64,000 bases of DNA, from NCBI GenBank assembly GCA_031285625.1, contig JAITVV010000063.1, positions 1 to 64,000 on the forward strand, given 5' to 3'. Below the pieces are notes generated by a model, which saw only the letters and a list, made by a program, of their open reading frames with translations, was not told the DNA's origin and ran no database searches. Origin of the DNA: Prevotella sp. Its GTDB lineage: Bacteria; Bacteroidota; Bacteroidia; Bacteroidales; Dysgonomonadaceae. This document shows positions 38,914 to 48,215 of this stretch, piece by piece. How positions within the stretch are numbered: the stretch's first letter is position 1; the number at the start of each line of letters is the position of its first letter. The position numbers and the translations under genes are program-made.

Positions 38914-38925
38914 ATATAATCTGAA

Positions 38926-40698
38926 CTATTTATTCTCCTGTACATATTTTATAGCCCAAGCCATTGCGTTAGCATAGAATGCACTATTATATACTGTCTG
39001 AGCAGGTGAACCATATGGATATTTAGGGGTAGGCCTTCCCTGATTATCATTTGTACAAGGCCAGATTGTAGTAGATGGGGTAGCCCTATCACCGGCTGAG
39101 AAACCACCATCACCTATCCATAAAAAATTGTTATACACAAAGATTTCTCCGTTTGAACTTAAAGATGTTGCCCCTGCAGGTATACTATTTACCCTGAATG
39201 TAGTACCGGCATCATCACCCCAATACTTACCTCTAACATCTCCAAACGGACCATTAAGTAAAGTATTATCTATATTAGGGAACATATATAATGCTCCACC
39301 TCCACCACCATAGCTCATTGTAACTGAACTACCACAAATTGCATTTATCATTGCCGCATCAGCAACACCATTATCCTGGGTCATAGCTATAAGAACACCT
39401 TTTTTATTCTGCACAAAGTCTACTAAAGCTGCATTATCAGTTGCATTTGTGTGGAAGTTATATCCTATTACAATGATATCAGGGTTATTACTGTTTATTC
39501 TGGCAGCAACTGTTCCTGTTGTATATCCTGCATCTGCAATGGTTATATTTTGCGTAGGGAACGTTCCGTTAGACCCAAAGTTAGCACTTGATTCCAGTAT
39601 AGCTCTTGAACTTTGCACTGTTGTTGCAGTTGCAGGCTGGTATGTACCCCATCCAAAGCCTAAAATTTTCATAGATCTATAGCTTACTGTAATATTTTTG
39701 TCACACGTAACATCCGCACCGGCAGTTTCTCCTGTAATGGTAATTGGTAGAGTACCAGCTTGAGTTGGCTTACCAGAAGAGAGTAAAGTCACTGTTTGAA
39801 GTCCGGTAGTACCCGCAGGCCATTGCCCACTACGGCTAAAATGCATACCTGCAGCTTCTGCAGTAAATGTATAATTACCATGACCAGTAACGTCTACCTG
39901 TACAGTAATATAGTGTGTCGAATTAAGATCAGAATTGATAATATAGTTTCCTGATATTGTTGTTGAAGCACAATTTATGGTATATGTTGCCTTGTCGATA
40001 GCCGGGGCAACCGGAATCTTAGGTAAGCTTGCAGGATCGCAACCAAGTATTACATTTTCATCATTGAATGAAAAATTTAACTGATCAGAATAAGTAGTAC
40101 CGCCCATAATAGGGGTTCCTGCTCCTGCTAGTTTCAGAAGATAACTACCAACATCAAGAAATGTACCATTAGTAGAAAACGAATATCCATTTCCTGTAGT
40201 TGCAATTATATTGTATGTACCTGCTTTGGTCACTGTGGCTGGTACAGTAATATATGAGGCACTCCCGTCAAGAGGTGTTCCCTGACGATAATTTGTTGGA
40301 ATATAATCGGGCTCACCACCGTTTGGGAATACCCGAAATTGTGTACAATCGAAAGTAGCTTCTGCAGGACCTATATCACCACAAAGACTTTTAAATTCTT
40401 TCCCGTTCCAGACCATAACACAACCTGTAGTTGTATTAAATATAACCATCCCATCAGCTCTGGTCTTTTCCGTTGTTGGTAACTGATTAATGTTTGAAGT
40501 TAAAACACTTATTTCCGCTGTACTTAATTGCGGCAATCGAAAACCTTTAGGTCCGGAAGTATTTTCGGAAATGAGTTCTAAAACCGATATATCTAAAGGT
40601 TCTTTTTCATTTCCAATTGTGACCTGTCCCGATAAATTAATTAACCCTCCCAGTATCAGAAATAGGTTTGTCAAGAGAAGCGTTAGTTTTGTTGTCAT
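38926..40698 (-). CDS. Secreted QVTIG-family protein with two Ig-like repeats and an alpha/beta C-terminal domain
   Basis: QVTIG..P..SVLEL..KGFRLPQL..GMVIFN..WNG; two C-x-...YITV.V.V...G.Y...G.P repeats; NGPFGD..GKYWG, WIGDGGF. Confidence 0.7.
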   Translation of the reverse strand: MTTKLTLLLTNLFLILGGLINLSGQVTIGNEKEPLDISVLELISENTSGPKGFRLPQLSTAEISVLTSNINQLPTTEKTRADGMVIFNTTTGCVMVWNGKEFKSLCGDIGPAEATFDCTQFRVFPNGGEPDYIPTNYRQGTPLDGSASYITVPATVTKAGTYNIIATTGNGYSFSTNGTFLDVGSYLLKLAGAGTPIMGGTTYSDQLNFSFNDENVILGCDPASLPKIPVAPAIDKATYTINCASTTISGNYIINSDLNSTHYITVQVDVTGHGNYTFTAEAAGMHFSRSGQWPAGTTGLQTVTLLSSGKPTQAGTLPITITGETAGADVTCDKNITVSYRSMKILGFGWGTYQPATATTVQSSRAILESSANFGSNGTFPTQNITIADAGYTTGTVAARINSNNPDIIVIGYNFHTNATDNAALVDFVQNKKGVLIAMTQDNGVADAAMINAICGSSVTMSYGGGGGALYMFPNIDNTLLNGPFGDVRGKYWGDDAGTTFRVNSIPAGATSLSSNGEIFVYNNFLWIGDGGFSAGDRATPSTTIWPCTNDNQGRPTPKYPYGSPAQTVYNSAFYANAMAWAIKYVQENK

Positions 40699-41082
40699 AA
40701 TCTTTTGTCTATTTTGAGTTCATTAATACCATAATAATCAGGCATCAATCCCCATTATTGGTTATCCATATGAAAGAATCAATATAGGAACAACCAATAA
40801 AACCCAATGGTTCAATCAGTTTGAACTATTGAGTGTTTTTCTTTAGACGATTCAAAAGCTTGTGAAATCTTCTTAATACCAGAACAAACTATCAAGTTAG
40901 GGCAAATAGTTACTGGAGTCTGAAAAGAGAATTTTATGCTTATTGCTCGTTGTCTTTGTCTTGCCTTTTATCAGATTGCAAAAATATATAAAAAACTGCA
41001 ATAAACAACAGTTAGAATGTTAAACTTGTTAGAACGACACATAGAATGAAATATCATTCTAACAAATTTAACAAATTAGATA

Positions 41083-43107
41083 TCAATACACTAAAGGAAA
41101 TTGAGAAATTCTTAATGTTGTACATCCATATGGTATCAGTGTGATTTCCTCGGGTTCTCCCTCCCCTGCTCCGCTCCACGAGTGAGGAATAGGACCAGCC
41201 ATTTCATTATACAATCCCCATGTTGGTATTATTTTAGCGTTTACTTTCAATTCGATAGGTGCATTACTCAAATTCCATGGATAATCCGATTTTATCTTTT
41301 CATTATCAATATTCGTCCTGATAAGTTCATTGGCCTTTTTAAAATCAAGACGATGGAGTCCATAATTCCATTTGGTTGTAGGTCGTACTTCCCAGTATGA
41401 TTCGCCGTATCTGTTTTGCTCTGCATCGCTAACTTCTTTCTTTTGCCAGTCTTCACCAATCTTAAGCGCATATACCAAAGGACCTCTCTCTATCGATACC
41501 GAATTCTCATGCCAACCCTCTTCCACTTTTACTTCCATTGGCATCTCCAGTTCTACATAGTCCCCTTTCTTCCAGTCACGGTTTATTATTTCTATTTTTC
41601 CTCCATCTGCCGTTTTATAGGAAACTCCATTTATTGTAATTGAAGCTCCCTTGGTCCAACCTGGTATTCTTATATGGAACGGAAAGTTAACAGAACGTAC
41701 CTTTTTGTCTAAAATATCAATCGTAAACCGTATTTTATTATCCATTGGATAATATGTATTTTCTGTGATGCAAACATCTATATTGTTTGCTACCTTAGCG
41801 GTTACCTCCGAAGGTGAAAATATAAGTGCTGCCAGGCCGCCGTCAGGTGTTGCATACCATAGATTCTGGGTAAACTTAGGCCAGCCCTGATGCATATTTG
41901 AGAAACAGCAAGGATATCCGGTTAATGTACCATATAGAAGATCTGTACCCGCATGGCTGTCATCTTCGTAAAAATTGCGGCGATGGCGGGTAAGCATAAC
42001 CTGATTTGCCTGCTGGAAGTATTGCTTGTGCATAAAATCATCGGTAACCTGAGTAGGTAGTGCATTGAAAGCAATCTTCTCTATATGATCTACCATCGAC
42101 AAATCTCCGGTTATTTCTATCATTTTTTCTAGCGAGTACATCATCTCTACAATGGCACAAAGTTCAACACCCTGTGTGGGATTGTTGCCGTGCAGGGGTT
42201 CATCACCACCATACATGCCCTGCGCTTGACCATTAAACTTCTTGATATCTGCAAACCCCTTTGTTAAGGCCTCTTTGTATTTTTTATCTCCGCTCTGCTG
42301 GTAATAAATAATTGGTTCTTTTAACCCTTGGGCTAGGTTTACACAATGAATACTGCCTTGGCAAGCCATATGGTTTGTTTCCAAAAACATATGGGTAAAA
42401 TCATGTCCCTGCTTATGTAGCAGATTGCCCAAGTCTAAAAGAAAAGTATCACCAGTAATATTATATAGCCAATACACTGCCTGTAAATTATCACACTCCC
42501 GGTATTCAGCCCAGAATGTCCACTTACCAAGAGGTTGATTGGGCAATGTTTCCAGTTGATACTTAAAATACTTTGTCATAAAGTCTACAACACGTTTGTC
42601 TCCTGTTGCAGAATAGTATTGTTGCAATATTTTTAGCACGACCATACGTGGCCACCAGTCGGCAGAGTTATCCCGTTGGATACCTTCTTCTCCCGGATAA
42701 TCTTTAGCAGGCCCAAAGAATCCGTTTGGTTGCTGGCTTTTTAATGCCCACTCTACCCATGGTTGTACTTTGTTTTTCAGTTCCTTATCATCGAGTATAT
42801 ATGCCAGAGGCAACAAGCCATCTATCCAGTAAGGGCCTCTTTCCCACTGATCGCCATCACCACCAAGCCATCCATTACGTTCACCCATTACCAAGGGATA
42901 GAGTGTATCCATATGCCCTGTAGCTCCTGTCTTTTGTCTTTTCAACATTTCCAAAAGCCACCCTTTAGCTTTGACAGAACCTAATGGCAGTTCCATATAG
43001 GGCTTAGTAACAAGAGGTGGTCGGTTGTTCAAATAATTTGTGTTGCTCTGGGCATTGATTAGCAAAGCTACCATACATAAAGTAATTGTTAATAATATTT
43101 TTTTCAT
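41083..43107 (-). CDS. GH127/GH146 beta-L-arabinofuranosidase-like protein
   Basis: WERGPYWIDG, HCVNLAQG, GVELCAIVE, YPCCFSNMHQGWPK, LIPYGCTTLRIS; start taken at MKKILL. Confidence 0.85.
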   Translation of the reverse strand: MKKILLTITLCMVALLINAQSNTNYLNNRPPLVTKPYMELPLGSVKAKGWLLEMLKRQKTGATGHMDTLYPLVMGERNGWLGGDGDQWERGPYWIDGLLPLAYILDDKELKNKVQPWVEWALKSQQPNGFFGPAKDYPGEEGIQRDNSADWWPRMVVLKILQQYYSATGDKRVVDFMTKYFKYQLETLPNQPLGKWTFWAEYRECDNLQAVYWLYNITGDTFLLDLGNLLHKQGHDFTHMFLETNHMACQGSIHCVNLAQGLKEPIIYYQQSGDKKYKEALTKGFADIKKFNGQAQGMYGGDEPLHGNNPTQGVELCAIVEMMYSLEKMIEITGDLSMVDHIEKIAFNALPTQVTDDFMHKQYFQQANQVMLTRHRRNFYEDDSHAGTDLLYGTLTGYPCCFSNMHQGWPKFTQNLWYATPDGGLAALIFSPSEVTAKVANNIDVCITENTYYPMDNKIRFTIDILDKKVRSVNFPFHIRIPGWTKGASITINGVSYKTADGGKIEIINRDWKKGDYVELEMPMEVKVEEGWHENSVSIERGPLVYALKIGEDWQKKEVSDAEQNRYGESYWEVRPTTKWNYGLHRLDFKKANELIRTNIDNEKIKSDYPWNLSNAPIELKVNAKIIPTWGLYNEMAGPIPHSWSGAGEGEPEEITLIPYGCTTLRISQFPLVY

Positions 43108-43214
43108 GGTAATAATTTTCAATTTGAATAATAAGGTACTGCATTACTACAGTACCTTTCAATAACCATAAACGCTCCTTACTTATCCCAAAGCTACCTA
43201 AATTAACTCGGGTA

Positions 43215-45155
43215 TTATTCTATAACAGCAGCAAAACCACCGTTTCTGGCCATCTTTATTTGTATTTTGTCACCTGCTTTTACCTGTGTATCTTTTTTGC
43301 GGTAGTCCATTGCCTGACGACCAGCATTAATTCCATCTTCAAAAGAGGTCATTTTATATGACTTACCAGTAGTAAGAAAATCCAGATTAATCTCAAATTG
43401 TCTACTGTTATTATTCGTCATGCCTCCTATAAACCATTTATTACCTTTACGTTTCGCCACAATTGCATACTCGCCGGCTTGTGCTTCCAAAGCACGGGTC
43501 TCGTCCCACGTAACAGGTACACCGGTTAAGAATTCGGTACAGTCTTCATTACGATAATACAAAGTCGGATTATCGGCAAGCATTTGTAATCCACTTTCGA
43601 AAATGACGAACAAGGCTAACTGATAGGCCCTTGTACCTATACTGGCAGAGTTAGGACGGGTACCACAATATCTATCCGGCTGCATACTTATCATTGCTCC
43701 GGGTGTATAATCCATCGGTCCAACAGCATTACGCATAAATGGAAAATAGATGCTATTGTCAGGAGTACAGCCACCCATTTGTTCCATACCTCTAACACCC
43801 TCATAAGACAATACATTAGGATATTTATATTCTAATCCGGCCGGCTTGAATGAGCCATGATAATCTACCAGAATATTGTATTTGGCAGCTTCTTTGGCGA
43901 TGCGCTCATAGTAGTTGACCATCCACTGATCGCTTCTGTCCATGAAGTCGATTTTGACTCCTTTTACGCCCCATTCACTAAATGTTTTGAATATATCAAT
44001 GTTATTCTCTACAACCAACCATGTTAGCCAAAGTATAATACCGACATTCTTTTCTTTTCCATAACGAATCAGTTCATGCACATCTACCTTTGGATTGGGT
44101 GTATATGGATCACGTGTACTCATAGCCCACCCTTCGTCCATAATGATATATTCTATACCATATTTAGAAGCAAAATCTATATAATATTTATAAGTATCCA
44201 GATTAAAACCTGCCTCAAAGTTCACATCCGGCCCATAAGGAGAGGCTTCATTCCACCATTCCCAGCTTACCTGTCCCGGTTTGATCCACGACACATCCGG
44301 TAATTGATTTTTAGTTGCCAAACGGTATGTCATCGTATTTTCCACAAGCTGTTTATCATCTTTTGTAATTACAAAATAGCGCCATGGATAGTTTCTCTTT
44401 CCTGCTGTTTTAGCTATATAATCAGCCTCTTTTACTATTTTCAGACTGCGGTCTCCATCTTCACCAAATTCGAGAGGCGCTTTAGGAAACACAGAATGTG
44501 CGCCATTTGTTCCTGTGCTTTTCAAAAACATGCATGGATAATCAGACAGGTCTGATTCTGATATGAGTATTTTATATTTCTTTTTAGTGTCGATCAATAT
44601 TGGCAATACCGACATCTTATCTGCCAATTTCCATTCGTTGCTCTGTATATGTGTATATGGCTCTTCATATGCAGTTTTAAATCCTCCGGGTTGTTGCAGA
44701 TGAAGCAAATAATTGTCAGGGAAGTTTATCATAAATTCTTCTCCCAGAACTTCCGCATCACCATTCTTATTAGTGATAAAGCGATAAGCAATACCGTCAT
44801 CAAATGCCCGGAATTCAACTGAATAATCTCCTTTAAAATTTAGTAAAAGAGAGTTGTACTGATTTTTTACAGAAGAATACTTTAAAGGAACAACCGGAGT
44901 TAGTACCTCATTTATTTTATTATTTTTTTGTCCTGTTAGTTTTGGGTTTTGCCCCAATACCTCATTGTGCAGACTTAATTGCATAAAGTTATCTTTCAGC
45001 AATACCTCGCTATTATATGCTATTGTATAATATATCTTATCCGAGATATTAAGAGATACTTTTATTTCCCCATTGGGAGACAATAATTCCGCTTTTTTCT
45101 GGGCATTCAAGCTGAATGAAAGAATTAGAAATAATAATAAAAAGTGTTGTTTCAT
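43215..45155 (-). CDS. GH97 alpha-glucosidase/alpha-galactosidase
   Basis: SWIKPGQVSWEWW, GVKGVKIDFM, YEGVRGME, VGPMDYTPG; start taken at MKQHFLL. Confidence 0.92.
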   Translation of the reverse strand: MKQHFLLLFLILSFSLNAQKKAELLSPNGEIKVSLNISDKIYYTIAYNSEVLLKDNFMQLSLHNEVLGQNPKLTGQKNNKINEVLTPVVPLKYSSVKNQYNSLLLNFKGDYSVEFRAFDDGIAYRFITNKNGDAEVLGEEFMINFPDNYLLHLQQPGGFKTAYEEPYTHIQSNEWKLADKMSVLPILIDTKKKYKILISESDLSDYPCMFLKSTGTNGAHSVFPKAPLEFGEDGDRSLKIVKEADYIAKTAGKRNYPWRYFVITKDDKQLVENTMTYRLATKNQLPDVSWIKPGQVSWEWWNEASPYGPDVNFEAGFNLDTYKYYIDFASKYGIEYIIMDEGWAMSTRDPYTPNPKVDVHELIRYGKEKNVGIILWLTWLVVENNIDIFKTFSEWGVKGVKIDFMDRSDQWMVNYYERIAKEAAKYNILVDYHGSFKPAGLEYKYPNVLSYEGVRGMEQMGGCTPDNSIYFPFMRNAVGPMDYTPGAMISMQPDRYCGTRPNSASIGTRAYQLALFVIFESGLQMLADNPTLYYRNEDCTEFLTGVPVTWDETRALEAQAGEYAIVAKRKGNKWFIGGMTNNNSRQFEINLDFLTTGKSYKMTSFEDGINAGRQAMDYRKKDTQVKAGDKIQIKMARNGGFAAVIE

Positions 45156-45317
45156 GATTATCTTCATTAATGTTGGGTTACTAAGCAACAATAATTCTAT
45201 CTGCTTTTAAATACACAGATAGAATATTGCGCTTCCAATGAACTAAAATATTACCAAATTATCTTTTTCTTTATGGTTGACCATAACGGACATTTATTAC
45301 TTAGACTCTTTTCTTAA

Positions 45318-46793
45318 TTATTTTATTGCATTTAACATATCTAGCCTACCTTCATTTACCTGTTTCAGGATCAATTCTCCAAACAGCGTATTCTGCCATG
45401 CAAACCATGATCTGGTAAAATTTGCAGGATCGTCTTTATGGAAAGACTCATGCATAAAACCCGTTCCGGCTTCTGTTTCCATAAGCATCTTTATACAAGA
45501 TTGTATTTCTTTCTCATCCGTACTGGTAAATGCTTTCATCATGATACTCATTGGCCATATCATGTCGTATCCGATATGTGGGCCGCCTATTCCTTCTCCT
45601 GCCGTACCTTTGAAAAAATACGGATTATCTTTACTCCACACATACTTACGTGTATTTTGGTAGATAGGATCATTTACGTCCATATCTCCCAGATAAGGCA
45701 TAGCCAATAAGCTAGGTACATTGGCATCATCCATCAGATACTGGTTACCAAAACCATCTACTTCAAAAGCATAAATACGACCATATTCCGAGTGATTAAA
45801 GATAGCATATTTCTTTAATGCGACCTCTACCTCTTCAGCCAGATTTTTACATTTCACTGCCAAATCCGCTTTTTTATTCACAGTTTCCAATACTTCTGCA
45901 GCCTTACGTAATGATGTAACAGCAAAGAAATTAGATGGAACCAAAAACTGGAATGTAGTTGCATCATCGGATGGACGGAAACAAGAAACGATGAGCCCTA
46001 CAGGGTTAACCGGATTGCCAAGCCCACCATTATTCATCGTATCCAGCTGACGTTCTGTTACCCGTTGAAACTTATAAGGTCCAGAGCCATCTTTACGTTG
46101 TTGCTCAAGGAATGTCTGCAAAACCAGTTGAATAGCTTGTAGCCATTCTTCATCGAAAATACTGGTATCACCTGTCGTTTTCCAGTAGTGATATGCTAAA
46201 CGAATCGGGTAACAAAGTGAGTCGATCTCCCATTTACGTTCGTGTAACTCCAATTTCATATCTGTCATATCTGACATCCATTGATGATCCGGATTCGGGT
46301 CATGCGGATCAAGGAACGCATTTGCATACGGATCAATGATGATACACTTGAACTGACGACGGATGACTCCGGCTAGCATTGCTTTCAGCTCAGGGTCACT
46401 ATTTGCCAATTGTACATAGGGCCATACCTGTGCTCCCGAGTCACGAAGCCACATAGCATGGATATCACCTGTATATACGACCGTATCATCTTTCCCATCT
46501 GTTTTACGATAACGAACTGTTGTATCCAACGTGTTAGGGAAACAGTTTTCAAACATCCATCCTAGTTTAGGATTCTTAAGAAGTTTTTTAATGCGGACAA
46601 TCTCATTTTCAACAGCCTTAGATTTAAACAATCTTTTGTCCACCGCCGGACGATTACTTTTATAATCTGTAGGTACATTACAATGCACAATTGTATTATC
46701 CTTAGGAACAGTTATTTCATGTGCCTGAAGCTCACCGCTAATCAAAAATATTGCTGCAGCTACAGCACATAATCCAATGTTTCTTTTTCTCAT
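45318..46793 (-). CDS. GH125 exo-alpha-1,6-mannosidase
   Basis: FENCFPNTLDTT, TGDIHAMWLRDS, ERKWEIDSL, FRPSDD, MDDANVPSLL, FTRSWFAW. Confidence 0.93.
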   Translation of the reverse strand: MRKRNIGLCAVAAAIFLISGELQAHEITVPKDNTIVHCNVPTDYKSNRPAVDKRLFKSKAVENEIVRIKKLLKNPKLGWMFENCFPNTLDTTVRYRKTDGKDDTVVYTGDIHAMWLRDSGAQVWPYVQLANSDPELKAMLAGVIRRQFKCIIIDPYANAFLDPHDPNPDHQWMSDMTDMKLELHERKWEIDSLCYPIRLAYHYWKTTGDTSIFDEEWLQAIQLVLQTFLEQQRKDGSGPYKFQRVTERQLDTMNNGGLGNPVNPVGLIVSCFRPSDDATTFQFLVPSNFFAVTSLRKAAEVLETVNKKADLAVKCKNLAEEVEVALKKYAIFNHSEYGRIYAFEVDGFGNQYLMDDANVPSLLAMPYLGDMDVNDPIYQNTRKYVWSKDNPYFFKGTAGEGIGGPHIGYDMIWPMSIMMKAFTSTDEKEIQSCIKMLMETEAGTGFMHESFHKDDPANFTRSWFAWQNTLFGELILKQVNEGRLDMLNAIK

Positions 46794-46813
46794 ATAATTA
46801 GATATTAGTTATT

Positions 46814-47998
46814 TCATTTATTAATTGCTGCCAGCCTTGCATACATTTCTACCATTGCTGCTTGTGTGAGTAACCATTTTTTATCATCTTTCTGTTTTCC
46901 GCTCCAGTCTGTACTGAACAATCCATGCGTATCCCGCATGCTATTCCAGGCAAAATTGAGATTCTTCTGGAAAGTATCTATATAAGTTCTATCATTATCC
47001 AAATGGTACAATTCGGCAAATCCTCTGAACATAACAGCAATAAACCAAATATCACTTTTCTTCAACAACATGAATTGTTCTCCTTCTGCAGAAGTAAAGT
47101 TTGCAAAAAAGTGATTATGAGCTGATTTTGCTATATTTTGAGCATCAGAAAGGTATATCTTATCTTTTGTCAGTTTATATAATAATGCAGCCGACTGCAT
47201 CATCTGTCCGCTATTGTAAGGATATTTTGCCTCTCCAATCTTTCCATCCAGCCTTATATTATCATAGTACAAATAATCGGAAGAATCCTGCAAGTGTTTT
47301 TTTGTCCATTCATATAGATCTTTACCCTGATAGAAATAAACACTATCCTTTGTGGCTTCAAACAGTTTAAGTGCAAAAACAGAACCCGGAGCATTTGAAC
47401 AAGTATTTTTCGATTCTTTTTTCTGCTCACACCAATAAATGCCTCCATCGAGATTATCATCTATTCCACTGGCTACAAATGTCCATATCAATTTTGCCTT
47501 ATCCAGATACTTTTGTTCTTTGGTCATCATGTAGGTATCCGTAAAGTCTATACCGAGCCATACATTATCGTCATAGAACCGATCCGACTCAGGAGCTGTA
47601 TTTATATATGATGCATATGCGGGAGGATTTCTTTTCTGGTCAAAGTATTCTTCCAACCCGGGCAATACTTTCGTATCAAGTATTTCCTGATATTTCTTGT
47701 CATTCGTAGCTTCAAACAATGCATTCACAGCAGAGAAAGTTCCGGAATAAGGCCATAGATAAGAATACTGATTAGCACTATTCGCCTGTTCCTGTGAGGC
47801 TAGATAAGTTGCAGTAAATGTATTATCAAACGGATAATTTTCACGCAACAGATTTGTATTCGGAGCAGAATAATTCTGATACAAAGAGTCTAATGTTAAT
47901 CGGGCTCTCTGCAAATTTTCACTATTCTCCTCCTTTCTATTACAGCTCAAAAGTATACCGGCACAAATTGTAAATAATAAAATATGCGTTTTTTTCAT
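46814..47998 (-). CDS. GH76 endo-alpha-1,6-mannanase lipoprotein
   Basis: Lipobox LLSC; RFYDDNVW catalytic motif, GGIYW, KNTCSNAP, YNSGQM. Confidence 0.92.
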   Translation of the reverse strand: MKKTHILLFTICAGILLSCNRKEENSENLQRARLTLDSLYQNYSAPNTNLLRENYPFDNTFTATYLASQEQANSANQYSYLWPYSGTFSAVNALFEATNDKKYQEILDTKVLPGLEEYFDQKRNPPAYASYINTAPESDRFYDDNVWLGIDFTDTYMMTKEQKYLDKAKLIWTFVASGIDDNLDGGIYWCEQKKESKNTCSNAPGSVFALKLFEATKDSVYFYQGKDLYEWTKKHLQDSSDYLYYDNIRLDGKIGEAKYPYNSGQMMQSAALLYKLTKDKIYLSDAQNIAKSAHNHFFANFTSAEGEQFMLLKKSDIWFIAVMFRGFAELYHLDNDRTYIDTFQKNLNFAWNSMRDTHGLFSTDWSGKQKDDKKWLLTQAAMVEMYARLAAINK

Positions 47999-48170
47999 TT
48001 CATTTTATGTTTTTCAATTCTTATAGTTGGACTTAACAAATATATCTTCTTTTTAAGATTTGTAATATTTCCCAAAAAGCAAACTAAATACATGTCTTAA
48101 AATCATACTATATTGTCTCGGATCTATATATTTGATTACATTGTAAATGGCTTATTATCTTGTAAATATT

Positions 48171-48178
48171 TATCTTTG
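48171..48178 (+). promoter_or_regulatory. -7 promoter element for the HTCS gene
   Basis: TATCTTTG upstream of the ATG at 48216. Confidence 0.55.
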
Positions 48179-48215
48179 TCCTGATATTATATAAAATTGA
48201 GACCTAATCATACTT

